From NCBI GenBank assembly GCA_900555295.1, contig USKN01000001.1, forward strand, positions 1-45,750: a stretch of DNA of 45,750 nucleotides, read 5' to 3'. This document shows, one piece after another, positions 1 through 9,888 of the stretch. A program made the position numbers and the translations under genes. The notes below the pieces were generated by a model. The model worked only from the letters and a program-made list of their open reading frames with translations. It had not been told where the DNA came from and did no database searches. The stretch is from an uncultured Eubacteriales bacterium (GTDB lineage Bacteria > Bacillota > Clostridia > UMGS1810). Position 1 is the stretch's first letter, and each line of letters begins with the position of its first letter.

Positions 1-198
1 GCCCGTATTTATCGGTATATAATTTTCGGTTCCCTCGTTAAATTCGCCCGTCCATTTTTGAATAACATCGGCACTTCCGTCGTTTTTAACAACAACCGAA
101 ATATCTATTTGCGATACATTATTGCTTGCAAAAACAGCGCCGTATGATACAACAAAAAGTACAATTACCGAAATAAAAAGGTTTTTTAAAAGTTTCAT
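1..198 (-). CDS. DUF2207-like membrane-anchored protein, 5' part only (gene continues past the left edge)
   Basis: Too short for the ORF track. Minus-strand ATG at 198-196 is preceded by GAGGAA. Hand translation gives MKLLKNLFISVIVLFVVSYGAVFASNNVSQIDISVVVKNDGSADVIQKWTGEFNEGTENYIPINTG with no stop before position 1. It has a signal/anchor helix. From recall, DUF2207 genes often sit directly downstream of lemA. Confidence 0.5.
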   Translation of the reverse strand, partial: MKLLKNLFISVIVLFVVSYGAVFASNNVSQIDISVVVKNDGSADVIQKWTGEFNEGTENYIPINTG

Positions 199-209
199 AA
201 AAAAGTTCC

Positions 210-749
210 TCATTTCATATTTGGCATATCCGCTTTTTTATCGCTTGCCTCCAAATAATCACGGCTTGTAATATGAAGTATACCCGCCGCGATTGATGTG
301 GGGAACATACGTATTGCGCGGTTAAGCTTTGTAACGCTGTCGTTATATATTAAACGTGACGAACGTACCATTTTTTCATATTCGTTTACGCTGTCCATTG
401 TTTTTATGTAATTTTGGTTGGCTTTAAGGTCGGGATAGCTTTCCGCAACCGCCATAATTTTGCCCATTGCCTCGGTTAAAATATTTTCCTGGTTGTTTAC
501 ATCCTGTGCCGAGCTTTTTGCCGTAATTGTTGTACGCATTTTAATTGTGTCCGAAAGTGTTTTGTACTCGTGTTCCGCATAGCCCTTTGTTAAATCCAAA
601 AGTGCCGAAAGTGCGTCCCAGCGTGATGAAAGCTGTACGCCAATCTGGCTTAATGCATTGTTAATATTTTCGTCCATAGCAACAAGTTTTCTTTGTGTTG
701 AAACAAACCACAACACAATAAGTGCCAAAATAACAATTAAAATAACCAT
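210..749 (-). CDS. lemA: LemA family protein
   Basis: ORF 210..863, trimmed to the internal ATG at 749 (MVILIVILALIVLWFVSTQRKLV...), which has GGAGG 7 nt upstream. One N-terminal TM helix followed by the LemA-type helical body (SYPDLKANQNY...RMFPT). Confidence 0.85.
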   Translation of the reverse strand: MVILIVILALIVLWFVSTQRKLVAMDENINNALSQIGVQLSSRWDALSALLDLTKGYAEHEYKTLSDTIKMRTTITAKSSAQDVNNQENILTEAMGKIMAVAESYPDLKANQNYIKTMDSVNEYEKMVRSSRLIYNDSVTKLNRAIRMFPTSIAAGILHITSRDYLEASDKKADMPNMK

Positions 750-846
750 AAAAAATTCCTCCGATATTTTTAATATAATTTTATTATAAAATATTTTAGT
801 ATATATTGCAATACAAAAGTTATAAACCGCATAAAAACGTAATAAG

Positions 847-2283
847 TTACATATCAAATCCAAAAAGCTTTGTTTTGCGCTCTATCATTTCGTCTATACG
901 TTTAATATACTCCGAAACTTCTTTTACATTAAACGCTCTTTCGATGCGTTCGCCGTCTATAAGCTTGCTTGAACCGCCTGCGCCGAGTGCAACAATGCTT
1001 TGCACTTCGTCCATAATATAAATATTATACAGACATTCGCCGCCGTTTGTACAATACCCGACATTTTCAAGATTGGCAAGCATATTTTTTTGTCTGTACA
1101 AATAATACGGGTGCTTGCCCATTTTACGCATAAGGCTGCCTGCCTCGCTTAACATACCGCTTACCGTATCGGAGGCGGTTTTTGTATACATACTGTAATT
1201 CATATCCAAATACGAGCCGTGTTTAATACTCATTGTATGCACGGTAACGCTCGATGGGTTTAACTTTTCGATTTGGCTTAAAGTATATTTAAAATCATCA
1301 ATCGTCTCACCGGGAAGTCCTGCAATCAAATCGGTATTTATATGTGTAAAACCCGTATTTTTTGCTATTTCAAAAGTTTTTATTATATCTTCGGGCGTAT
1401 GGCACCTGCCTATTATTTTAAGGGTTTCGGGGTTCATTGATTGTGGGTTTATACTTATTCTGTCAACACCGAAATGTTTCATAATATCAAGCTTTTGCTG
1501 TGTTATTGTATCGGGTCTGCCCGCCTCAACGGTAAATTCGCGGATATGCGAAAAATCAAATTTATTTACCGTATTATAAAGAAGTTTGTACAAATTGTCT
1601 TCGTTTAAACTTGTGGGCGTACCGCCGCCTATATACACCGTTTCTATATTTTTGCCCGATTTTTTTATTAAACCGCTTATTACATCAATTTCTTTTATAA
1701 GAGCGTTCTTATACGGCTCAACAAGTTTTGACGAAAATTTTACCGATTGCGAGGTAAAAGAGCAATACAAACACCTTGTGGGGCAAAACGGTATACCTAT
1801 ATACACGCTTACAGAGTTAGGACTCATAGCGTTTATAATGGGTGCCTGCGCCTTTGCAACCTCAATGCTCAGTTTTGCCTTATCATCGCGTGCGCAGTAA
1901 AAATCGCAAAAATAATTATATATTTCGTTGTAGTTTTTACCGCTCAAATGCATTTCGCGTACTATTTTGGCAGGACGTATTCCCGTAAGCAAGCCCCAGG
2001 GCAAAGTAATTAAAAGAATTTTTTCAAAGCAATTCGATATAACTCTTTTTATGTGGGTTTTATTGTATTCACCGCTTTTATATGTACTTTGTACGCTTTT
2101 GCCGTCAAGCTTAAGTTTAGCAAAATACTCGTACCCGTCACGCTCATTGCCGTTTACCTCAACAGTTAGGCAGTCGCCTGTGCACGGCTGTGTATGTATT
2201 TCAATTTTTCGTTTGGGCAAATATGCGTTTACCATTTCGCATACAGCATATTTTTCATTACAGTTTTTAAGTATTACGTTCAT
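847..2283 (-). CDS. hemZ: Radical SAM coproporphyrinogen dehydrogenase family protein (HemZ/HemN-like)
   Basis: 478 aa. Radical SAM CxxxCxxC motif in GIPFCPTRCLYCSF, then GGGTPT and a HemN-like C-terminal part. Length and N-terminal extension fit HemZ. Confidence 0.8.
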   Translation of the reverse strand: MNVILKNCNEKYAVCEMVNAYLPKRKIEIHTQPCTGDCLTVEVNGNERDGYEYFAKLKLDGKSVQSTYKSGEYNKTHIKRVISNCFEKILLITLPWGLLTGIRPAKIVREMHLSGKNYNEIYNYFCDFYCARDDKAKLSIEVAKAQAPIINAMSPNSVSVYIGIPFCPTRCLYCSFTSQSVKFSSKLVEPYKNALIKEIDVISGLIKKSGKNIETVYIGGGTPTSLNEDNLYKLLYNTVNKFDFSHIREFTVEAGRPDTITQQKLDIMKHFGVDRISINPQSMNPETLKIIGRCHTPEDIIKTFEIAKNTGFTHINTDLIAGLPGETIDDFKYTLSQIEKLNPSSVTVHTMSIKHGSYLDMNYSMYTKTASDTVSGMLSEAGSLMRKMGKHPYYLYRQKNMLANLENVGYCTNGGECLYNIYIMDEVQSIVALGAGGSSKLIDGERIERAFNVKEVSEYIKRIDEMIERKTKLFGFDM

Positions 2284-2295
2284 ATTTTTTCCTTT

Positions 2296-2541
2296 TTATT
2301 TATAAAACGATATTGTTCCGTTTAAAACATTTTCATTTACATTGTACCCGAAAAATGCTGCAATTTCGCAAAAATCAACGAGTACATATGCGTTTTTAAG
2401 CATTTTCGGCGCGTTGTTAAATTGGTATTGTTCGCCGTTATAATAACCTGTATTGCTGTCAACAAAAACACTTATAACATCGCCGTTGTTTTTTATAACT
2501 ATGTTTTGTGTACCGCATTTATGTTTACCATATTGCCGCAA
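2296..2541 (-). pseudogene. Isolated copper-amine-oxidase-N-like (stalk) domain fragment, probable gene remnant
   Basis: The 81-aa ORF opens with TTG directly after two in-frame stops and has no usable RBS-start pair. The pattern VIKNNGDVISVFVDS...YNGEQYQFNNAPKMLKNAYVLVDFCEIAAFFGYNV resembles the C-terminal stalk domain of clostridial surface proteins. No signal peptide. Confidence 0.3.
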
Positions 2542-2618
2542 TTAACAATACTGCTTAAAATACTATTATCTTTTTATAAATATTAACCTCCGCCAAATCT
2601 TTTAAAATATACCGAAAC

Positions 2619-2654
2619 GGGGTGCGGCAAAATATTTTTGTTTTGCTGCACCCC
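2619..2654 (-). terminator. Hairpin terminator downstream of the SGNH hydrolase gene
   Basis: GGGGTGCGGCAAAA (2619-2632) pairs with TTTTGCTGCACCCC (2641-2654), 13/14 plus one G-U pair. A partly T-rich tail follows on the minus strand. Confidence 0.45.
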
Positions 2655-2663
2655 CGCTCGGCA

Positions 2664-3473
2664 TCACCATTTATGTGTTTCGTTATAAAACGGCGTTCCC
2701 ACAAATCCTATCTGTCTGAAATCATTGGGATTGTGCCGTATAATATAATCTATGTACGATTCAACCATAAGCGCCGTAAGCCTGTACCCTGCCGCATTCA
2801 TATGCCCGCCAAGGTAAAAATTTTCTCTGAATTCGCCGTTATATATCGGAGCATATTTTCTAAAATCCAAAACATAGCAATTTTCAAGTTTTTCTGCTAT
2901 TTTATATATTAAATTGCAGTGTTCGTCATAAAGCTTTGCGCGATTTTCGTCTTGCCCCGTTTCCCTGGGCATTGTCATTAAAAAGAATTTTGCTTTGGGC
3001 TGATTTTGTTTATAACGCTGTATAATATGCGCATACCACCCCGCAAAAGTGTCTTTATTGTTTTTATAATCGTTTAAATCTATATCATCCGCCGTACCAA
3101 GCTGATACTGCCCGCCCAAAATCTGCGTAACATCATTTACTCCGAGCGCCATAATATAAGCCTGGCTGCGTTTTTCGGGATTCCACAAATCTCTTGAATT
3201 TGCAAAATTTTTACAATATTCACGTGCTGTCATTCCGCCTGCCGAAAAATTGTATACCGTACAGCCCGCATCGCGTGCTATGTACTGTCCCCACGAATAG
3301 TCATAATAATCGTGGTAACCCTTTTCGCCGTTTTTTTGCGATTCAAACTCGCCGGATGAAAGGCTGTCGCCGACGCACGTAATTTTACGGAATATACCGC
3401 AAAATCCACCGTTTACCGCAATATTATCAAGAGGTTTTTCATTGCTTTGCGCCATATACTTTTTAATATCCAT
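2664..3473 (-). CDS. SGNH/GDSL family hydrolase
   Basis: ORF 2664..3503, trimmed to the ATG at 3473 (MDIKKYMAQ), which has AAGGAGAAAG upstream. GDSL block in CVGDSLSSGEF, GxND block in LGVNDV. Confidence 0.8.
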   Translation of the reverse strand: MDIKKYMAQSNEKPLDNIAVNGGFCGIFRKITCVGDSLSSGEFESQKNGEKGYHDYYDYSWGQYIARDAGCTVYNFSAGGMTAREYCKNFANSRDLWNPEKRSQAYIMALGVNDVTQILGGQYQLGTADDIDLNDYKNNKDTFAGWYAHIIQRYKQNQPKAKFFLMTMPRETGQDENRAKLYDEHCNLIYKIAEKLENCYVLDFRKYAPIYNGEFRENFYLGGHMNAAGYRLTALMVESYIDYIIRHNPNDFRQIGFVGTPFYNETHKW

Positions 3474-3504
3474 TATAATCTTTCTCCTTACAAATAAACG
3501 CACA

Positions 3505-3537
3505 AAATTATGCCTGCCGTAAAAACAAGCATAATTT
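3505..3537 (-). terminator. Hairpin between mgsA and the SGNH hydrolase gene
   Basis: AAATTATGC (3505-3513) pairs with GCATAATTT (3529-3537), a 9-bp stem. A moderately T-rich tail follows on the minus strand. Confidence 0.4.
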
Positions 3538-3562
3538 ATACTTTATTTATTATATTAAATAT

Positions 3563-3970
3563 TTAAACATTTTTGGGATTTACTATATCGCGCCAATCAA
3601 GATCTCCGCGTTCAAGACCGTGTATAAGAACTTCGGCCGTTGCAACATTTGTTGCAAGAGGTATATTATGTATATCGCACAATTTGTTTATAGATGTAAT
3701 ATCGGGTTCGTTATTGTGCTGTGTAAGCGGATCGCGGAAAAACAGTACCAAGTCAATTTCGTTATATGCTATTCTTACTCCGATTTGCTGATCACCGCCT
3801 TGAGAACCTGCAAGCACTCTGTCAATTTTAAGACCTGTTGCGTCTACAATTAAACCGCCTGTTGTTCCGGTAGCAACAAGATTATGTTTTTCAAGTATGC
3901 ATTTGTAAGCTATGCAAAACTGAACCATTAATTCTTTTTTCTTGTCGTGCGCAATTAAAGCAATGTTCAT
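3563..3970 (-). CDS. mgsA: Methylglyoxal synthase
   Basis: 135 aa. [19 protein letters not shown]...[11 protein letters not shown]...[10 protein letters not shown] is the characteristic MgsA sequence and length. Confidence 0.9.
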   Translation of the reverse strand: MNIALIAHDKKKELMVQFCIAYKCILEKHNLVATGTTGGLIVDATGLKIDRVLAGSQGGDQQIGVRIAYNEIDLVLFFRDPLTQHNNEPDITSINKLCDIHNIPLATNVATAEVLIHGLERGDLDWRDIVNPKNV

Positions 3971-3988
3971 ATTGTCTTTCCTCCCATA

Positions 3989-4771
3989 CTAATTCTTTAA
4001 TAATTTTTTGTTGCGTATATACGGCGTTTCGTATTCAAAATTAATTGCACTTACGTGTTCCCCCAAAATACGCCGTATTATATTATCTATTGCCTTTGCC
4101 GATTTAAAACGTGTATCGTCGGCAATGCATATACTTTGCTCTGTTAAAATATTTATTTCACATTCCTCCGGTATAAGACCCAAAAGCTTACAGCCCGTAC
4201 GTTCAAGTGCGTCATCAACGGTCATCATTTTACCGTATGCAACAAGCTCGGGTACAATACGGTTAATAATAAGACTTACATCTGCCTTACCTACCATATG
4301 CGAGTTTATAAGCGAATCGGCACATCGCACCGACAGCTCCGATAAAGTTGTAACAACCGCTACCTTGTCCAAAACACTCATTATGTATGAATTTTTTAAA
4401 TACTCATACGGAATGTCAATAAACACACAATCATAATCATCTTTTATTTTGTCTATTATACGTGCCAGCTTGTTTACGTTAACCGAACCGACAGTATAAA
4501 GCCTTGAAGCATTTATAATGCTCAAATTCTCGTATTCGGAACATTCAACCGTTACATCTGCAATTTCGGTGTAATCGTCCATACAGTCTATAAGGTTAAA
4601 TGCCGTAAATTCTTCAGCGCCGAGTATAAACCCCACTCCCATAGTACCGAAGCAGGCGTCCACAAGACAGGTTTTTCTGCCGCGGCGTGCCATACCCACT
4701 GCAACGTTTGCACATACCGTTGATGTACCAACGCCGCCTTTGGAAGAAGTTATACCTATTGCTACAGCCAT
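3989..4771 (-). CDS. MinD/ParA-family P-loop protein, divergent (Walker A lysine replaced)
   Basis: 260 aa with overall MinD-like architecture, at the position where minD sits in Firmicute mre-min operons. N-terminus is MAVAIGITSSKGGVGTSTV (checked codon by codon on the DNA). See finding. Confidence 0.75.
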   Translation of the reverse strand: MAVAIGITSSKGGVGTSTVCANVAVGMARRGRKTCLVDACFGTMGVGFILGAEEFTAFNLIDCMDDYTEIADVTVECSEYENLSIINASRLYTVGSVNVNKLARIIDKIKDDYDCVFIDIPYEYLKNSYIMSVLDKVAVVTTLSELSVRCADSLINSHMVGKADVSLIINRIVPELVAYGKMMTVDDALERTGCKLLGLIPEECEINILTEQSICIADDTRFKSAKAIDNIIRRILGEHVSAINFEYETPYIRNKKLLKN

Positions 4772-4871
4772 AGCAGTATCACCTTCTTATTTATTTCTTA
4801 CCCAACCTATTATATTTTATCACAACAATACAGTGTTTGTCTATACCAAATTTCTACAATTTTTAAGTTTT

Positions 4872-6944
4872 TTATTGTACAAGCCTGTTAATTGAAAAGT
4901 CAGACTGTTTAATCTCGTTTTGCTCGCCGTTAAGTTTAAAGTACTGTTCGTATATGGTTTTTGCAATAGGTGCAAGCGCCGAACCCGAACCTGCATTTTC
5001 TACAACGGCAACAACGGCAATCTGCGGATTTTCATATGGCGCATATGACGCAAACACACCGTTTGCCGAACCTTTGGCAACCTGTGCCGAACCCGTTTTA
5101 CTGCACACGTTTATGGGGAAGTCGGCAAATATAGCCGCCGTGCCTTCCTCACCGCTAACAAGCCTCATACCGTATGTTACGGCATTTATTGTAGATTGTT
5201 TCATTTCGATATTGTTTAAAACCTGTGGCTTATATTCCATAACTGACTCGTTTGTATAAGCGTTGCGCACACTTTTGGTTAAATGCACTTTATAACGTGA
5301 GCCGCCGTTTGCAATGGTTGCAATATAGTTTGCAATCTGAATGGGTGTAAACAGATTATACGACTGTCCTATAGCCATTTGCAAATTATCGCCCGGATAC
5401 CATATTTCGTTAAAGTTTGCTTTTTTATAATCCTCGTTTGCCAAAACACCTTTCGACTCTCCGTCAAGCTCAATTCCCGTAAGCTGACCCAAGCCGAATT
5501 TTGTACCATAATCGTACATTACTTTATAGCCTATTCGTCTGCCCACTTCGTAAAAATAGTAGTTGCAGGAGTTTTGCAATGCTGTTGACACAGTCATAGG
5601 TCCGTGTGTTATATGCTGGTCGGTGTATATCCAGCAGTTAAATTTTTGTCCGTAATACTCATACTGTCCTTTATCCACAATAACCTCCGATGTGGTTATC
5701 GCGTCGGTTTCAAGCCCCGCAATGGCGGTAAGCATTTTAAAAACCGAACCCGGAGCATACACACCGCTTATTGCCCTGTTAAACATTGGGTTAAGTTTGT
5801 CGGCGCGGAGTTTATCGTAATCTTTATCAAAATCCGCAATATTAAATGTGGGGTAACTTGCCATTGCAAGCACTTCTCCGCTTTGTATATCGAGTACAAC
5901 AACAGCTCCGCCGCCCGCGTCAAGTCCCGTATGTTTTTTTGATTTTTGCCCTTTAAGTTTAATTGCCGCAATACGGTCTTTTAAAGCCTCCTCGGCTGTT
6001 TGCTGAAGTTTTGCGTCGATTGTTAAAACAACATTGTTACCCTGACGTGCCGGTATATCGTTTTTTTCGGTTTTGGAGTTTTCTTTAACCGATTGTACAA
6101 AACTGCTTTTGCCGTCCGTCCCTTTTAAATATTCTTCAAGGCATTTTTCTATTCCGTCTTTGCCTATAACATCATTCATTCCGTAGTTTTTGTCTTTTAA
6201 TTTTTCGTATTCTTCACGGTAAATACCACCCACACGCCCAAGTATATGCGAGGCAAGCGAGCCGTACGGATATTTTCGCACAGGGGTTGTATTAACCGAT
6301 ACATTTTTGTATGTATCGGTATTTTCTTTAATCTGTGTTACGGTTTCAAGCGAAATGTCGTTTGCCATTGTATACGGCGATGTAACGCTAAAGCCTTTAA
6401 GTTCCATTTCATAGCGCACACCCACTATTTTTCTTAACTGTTCATCGGTATATCTTTTATCTATATCGTACTTTTCGGCAAGCATTTCAATTATATCGTA
6501 CGCACTGCTCTTTTCATCGGCATTAACCGATTTTTTAAATTCGGCAATTTTTTGCTTTCGTGTTTCTTTATCGTAATCGGTGTACTTAAAATCAAAATTT
6601 TTATCGGTTATGGGTAAAGTATCGGTATACTCCTCTCCGTTTGCGCCAAACAATGTTGTAAGCGATAAAATAACATCGTTAAGTTCTCCGTTTGTAATAT
6701 CGCGCCGCTGTATCTGAACTGAATATCCCTGACTGTTTGTAACAAGCTCACGGCCGTATCTGTCAAGAATTAAACCGCGCGGTGCGGCTATTGTAACCGA
6801 GCTCATAAGTCTGTTTTCGGACTGCGTTTTGTATGTTTCGCCCATTACAAGCTGCAACTTAACAAGCCGTGCGCAAATTGCAATAAGCAGCACAGCGGAA
6901 AACAATGTTATTATATATTGTTTATCCTTTAATTTGTTAAACAT
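4872..6944 (-). CDS. mrdA: Penicillin-binding protein 2 (elongasome transpeptidase)
   Basis: 690 aa. N-terminal TM helix and PBP dimerisation region. Transpeptidase motifs are SVFK (APGSVFKM), SCN (NSCNYYF) and KTGS (SKTGSAQ). Lies directly downstream of mreD. Confidence 0.9.
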   Translation of the reverse strand: MFNKLKDKQYIITLFSAVLLIAICARLVKLQLVMGETYKTQSENRLMSSVTIAAPRGLILDRYGRELVTNSQGYSVQIQRRDITNGELNDVILSLTTLFGANGEEYTDTLPITDKNFDFKYTDYDKETRKQKIAEFKKSVNADEKSSAYDIIEMLAEKYDIDKRYTDEQLRKIVGVRYEMELKGFSVTSPYTMANDISLETVTQIKENTDTYKNVSVNTTPVRKYPYGSLASHILGRVGGIYREEYEKLKDKNYGMNDVIGKDGIEKCLEEYLKGTDGKSSFVQSVKENSKTEKNDIPARQGNNVVLTIDAKLQQTAEEALKDRIAAIKLKGQKSKKHTGLDAGGGAVVVLDIQSGEVLAMASYPTFNIADFDKDYDKLRADKLNPMFNRAISGVYAPGSVFKMLTAIAGLETDAITTSEVIVDKGQYEYYGQKFNCWIYTDQHITHGPMTVSTALQNSCNYYFYEVGRRIGYKVMYDYGTKFGLGQLTGIELDGESKGVLANEDYKKANFNEIWYPGDNLQMAIGQSYNLFTPIQIANYIATIANGGSRYKVHLTKSVRNAYTNESVMEYKPQVLNNIEMKQSTINAVTYGMRLVSGEEGTAAIFADFPINVCSKTGSAQVAKGSANGVFASYAPYENPQIAVVAVVENAGSGSALAPIAKTIYEQYFKLNGEQNEIKQSDFSINRLVQ

Positions 6945-7436
6945 TTAAAAACTCCTCATCTGTTCCTCTGACAGCCAATCGGCAAGCCAATAAATTATAA
7001 ACGATACCGCCATATTGTACACTGCCTCAACGGCAACAATTTTTACAATAATTGTTCCAAACGGTGCGTGACCGAATATTACCAAATTTAAAAATCCGTA
7101 TACAGTTTCGTATATAAACGATACAAACAATACGCAAAATGCCGTTGTTATTATATTGTCTTTTAAATAATTAAACCCAAAGTAAGATACCGCAAGCCCC
7201 GTATACATACACAAAAGCGAGTTCATACCCACAGCCCTTGCAAGCGACATATCCATAATAAGTCCGCCTATGCAGGCAAGACACGTTGCTTTAAGCGGTT
7301 CGGTTTTTAAACCGTAGCATATAATAAACACAAGTATTACATTGGGAAAAATGTGCATAATATCTATGTATTTACCTATTGTTGACTGCAATATAAATAT
7401 AAATATTAAAGATATATATGTTAAAACGTTTTTCAT
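6945..7436 (-). CDS. mreD: Rod shape-determining protein MreD
   Basis: Polytopic small membrane protein between mreC and PBP2. The track ORF starts with TTG at 7454. The ATG at 7436 (MKNVLTYISL) has GGGAGA upstream and is preferred. Confidence 0.75.
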   Translation of the reverse strand: MKNVLTYISLIFIFILQSTIGKYIDIMHIFPNVILVFIICYGLKTEPLKATCLACIGGLIMDMSLARAVGMNSLLCMYTGLAVSYFGFNYLKDNIITTAFCVLFVSFIYETVYGFLNLVIFGHAPFGTIIVKIVAVEAVYNMAVSFIIYWLADWLSEEQMRSF

Positions 7437-7462
7437 TGCAAATTTATCTCCCAAACCAAAAA

Positions 7463-8287
7463 TCAGTCCGCTATAATAAATACTTCCGAGAGATTGTCAA
7501 AATCAACACCCGGTTCTATAACCGCCTGCTGTGACATACCCGATGTATCTTCGGTTAAATCAACTATTTTTCCTATATAAAGACCCGACGGATATATTCC
7601 GCCTGTTCCCGAGGTAATAACATAATCTCCCGTTTCGGCATTGCTGTCCTTTGAAATATACATCATTTTGCAAAGCCCCTGCGATTGAAGTGTAATATCG
7701 CCCTCAACAAGTGAATATACGTTAATTCTGCTTATTGTTGCGCCAACCGATACGGTTGCGTCAACTATTGTAACTATTTTTGCCCAGGATCTGCCAACCT
7801 CGTACACATAACCTACAAGTCCGTACGGCGATATAACGGCAGAATGTTTTGTTACACCGTCGGCAAGACCTTTATTTATTGTAAAAGTCTTTGACCAATT
7901 TGTAACGTCGCTCGATACAACGTCTGCCGCTATATAGTTATAATCTTTGTTTTTTTCTTTAAGCCCAAGCATATCGCGCAGGCGGGCATTTTCGGCAACG
8001 GTTGATTCACCGTCGCGTATTTGCTCCTCAAGTTTGGCTATTTTTTGTTTTAATTCTTCATTCTCACGTTCATAGTTTTTTGATGTCGTAAGAAATGTAA
8101 AAAAGTTGCCTATACCGCCCGATACACGCGTAAACAAGTTTTGCACGGGTGCAAAAAAGCCAACCGCAGTATCGGTTGCCGCGTCCGCGTCGGGATTGTT
8201 AACCGTAGACAGCGCCATAATAAGCACAAGAACAATTGTTACTGCGGCAAGTATTAGCTTGTATTTGTTTTTTGAAAAAAAGTACAT
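7463..8287 (-). CDS. mreC: Rod shape-determining protein MreC
   Basis: 274 aa. N-terminal TM helix, a coiled-coil (ENEELKQKIAKLEEQI), then beta-rich MreC domains. Flanked by mreB and mreD. Confidence 0.9.
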   Translation of the reverse strand: MYFFSKNKYKLILAAVTIVLVLIMALSTVNNPDADAATDTAVGFFAPVQNLFTRVSGGIGNFFTFLTTSKNYERENEELKQKIAKLEEQIRDGESTVAENARLRDMLGLKEKNKDYNYIAADVVSSDVTNWSKTFTINKGLADGVTKHSAVISPYGLVGYVYEVGRSWAKIVTIVDATVSVGATISRINVYSLVEGDITLQSQGLCKMMYISKDSNAETGDYVITSGTGGIYPSGLYIGKIVDLTEDTSGMSQQAVIEPGVDFDNLSEVFIIAD

Positions 8288-8291
8288 ATTT

Positions 8292-9299
8292 TTACCTTCT
8301 TGCGTTAATCATTACGTTTTTTAGTGTTTCCATTTGGTCGAGTACCATTCCCGCACCGAGTGCCACACAGTCAAGCGGTGTTTCGGCAATGTGTACGGGC
8401 ATTCCCGTGTATTCGGTTATTAATTTATCAAGTCCGCGCAAAAGCGCTCCCCCGCCCGTAAGCGTAATACCCCTGTCCATAATATCCGCCGAAAGTTCGG
8501 GAGGCGTTACCTCAAGTGTTGTTTTAATTGCCATTATTATTTGTTCAACAGGTTCTTTAAGCGCCGCTTTGATATCAGACGACGTTACATTTACATACTT
8601 CGGCAGTCCCGTCATAAGGTCGCGACCGCTTACCTCCGCCGTTTGTTCTTCTTCCGACGGATACACCGTTCCTATTTGTATTTTTACCGATTCGGCGGTT
8701 CGCTCACCTGCCATAAGGTTATATTTTTTCTTAATATAATTAATAATTGCCTCGTCAAAAGCGTCTCCCGCAATTCTTAAAGATTTGCTTGCAACAATTC
8801 CTCCGAGCGAAATAACCGCAACCTCACTTGTGCCTCCGCCTATATCCACAACCATATTGCCCGTCGCTTCCTCTACGGGGAGATTTGCACCTATTGACGC
8901 TGCCATAGGTTCTTCAACAATATACACCTCTTTGGCGCCCGAGGCAAGTGCTGCTTCTTCAACGGCACGTTTTTCAACTTCGGTAACTCCCGACGGCACG
9001 CATATTATAACGCGCGGTTTAAAAACAGTTCCGGGATATGCTTTTTTTATAAAATATTTAAGCATTGCCTGTGTAACGTCAAAATCCGCAATAACGCCGT
9101 CGCGCAGCGGTCTTATTGCAACAATGTTTCCGGGGGTTCTTCCAAGCATATCTTTTGCGGCGTCGCCCACTTCAAGCACTTCCCCCGTATCTTTGTTAAT
9201 TGCAACAACGCTCGGTTCGTTTACCACTATTCCCTGCCCTTTAACGTAAACCAGGGTGTTTGCCGTACCCAAATCTATACCAATGTCTTTTCGTGCCAT
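8292..9299 (-). CDS. mreB: Rod shape-determining protein MreB
   Basis: ORF 8292..9371, trimmed to the ATG at 9299 ([19 protein letters not shown]), which has an RBS. Actin-fold phosphate motifs are DLGTANT and [12 protein letters not shown]. Confidence 0.92.
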   Translation of the reverse strand: MARKDIGIDLGTANTLVYVKGQGIVVNEPSVVAINKDTGEVLEVGDAAKDMLGRTPGNIVAIRPLRDGVIADFDVTQAMLKYFIKKAYPGTVFKPRVIICVPSGVTEVEKRAVEEAALASGAKEVYIVEEPMAASIGANLPVEEATGNMVVDIGGGTSEVAVISLGGIVASKSLRIAGDAFDEAIINYIKKKYNLMAGERTAESVKIQIGTVYPSEEEQTAEVSGRDLMTGLPKYVNVTSSDIKAALKEPVEQIIMAIKTTLEVTPPELSADIMDRGITLTGGGALLRGLDKLITEYTGMPVHIAETPLDCVALGAGMVLDQMETLKNVMINARR

Positions 9300-9306
9300 A
9301 ATAAAT

Positions 9307-9888
9307 TTACCCCTCTCCGAATTCGTTTTGTATAATACTGTTGAGCCTGCATACAGGTAGTCCCACAACATTAAAATAATCGCCGTTTATTTTTTCAACA
9401 AAAACTTTTGCATATTCCTGTATTCCGTACGCACCGGCTTTATCATACGGTTTGCAGCTGTCTATATATGTGTATATTTCACTGTCGGTAAGCGTTTTAA
9501 AAAACACCTCCGTTTTTTCGTAAGCTGTAACCGTTTTAAAGTCTTTTCGGCGTATAACGGCAATTCCCGTATATACCAGGTGTGTTTTTCCGCTTAAGCT
9601 TTTAAGCATATTATATGCTTCATCTCTTGAGTTTGGCTTGCCTAAAATTTTGCCGCCGCTGTATACAACGGTATCGGCGCCTATTACAAGGCTGTTTTGC
9701 TTTACCTCACGCGCCGCATAATACGCTTTAAACATTGCAAGCTGCTGCACATATAACTGTATGGGCAGCTGTTTGTCTACTGTTGTTTCGTCAAAATCGG
9801 AATTTACGCATTTAAAAGAATAGCCTATACTTTCAAGCAATTCCTTTCGGCGCGGAGATTTTGACGCAAGAATTATTTTATATTTCAT
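9307..9888 (-). CDS. maf: Maf-like nucleoside triphosphate pyrophosphatase (septum formation protein Maf)
   Basis: [15 protein letters not shown]...GADTVV...[10 protein letters not shown] are typical Maf motifs. The ATG at 9888 overlaps the dut stop by 1 nt. Confidence 0.88.
   Translation of the reverse strand: MKYKIILASKSPRRKELLESIGYSFKCVNSDFDETTVDKQLPIQLYVQQLAMFKAYYAAREVKQNSLVIGADTVVYSGGKILGKPNSRDEAYNMLKSLSGKTHLVYTGIAVIRRKDFKTVTAYEKTEVFFKTLTDSEIYTYIDSCKPYDKAGAYGIQEYAKVFVEKINGDYFNVVGLPVCRLNSIIQNEFGEG

Noticed and set aside
210-863. Longer N-terminal extensions offered by the ORF track for lemA and several other genes: mreB to 9371, aconitase to 29144, rpsT from 40379, TIM-barrel gene to 44002, SGNH hydrolase to 3503
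   Set aside because: - In each case an internal ATG with a GGAGG-type RBS starts exactly at the conserved N-terminus.
- The extensions overlap neighbouring genes or intergenic promoters.
8236-9249. Plus-strand ORFs of 167 and 154 aa, rich in Ser/Thr/Pro/Ala
   Set aside because: They are antisense to mreB and mreC, a classic shadow of a strongly conserved gene.
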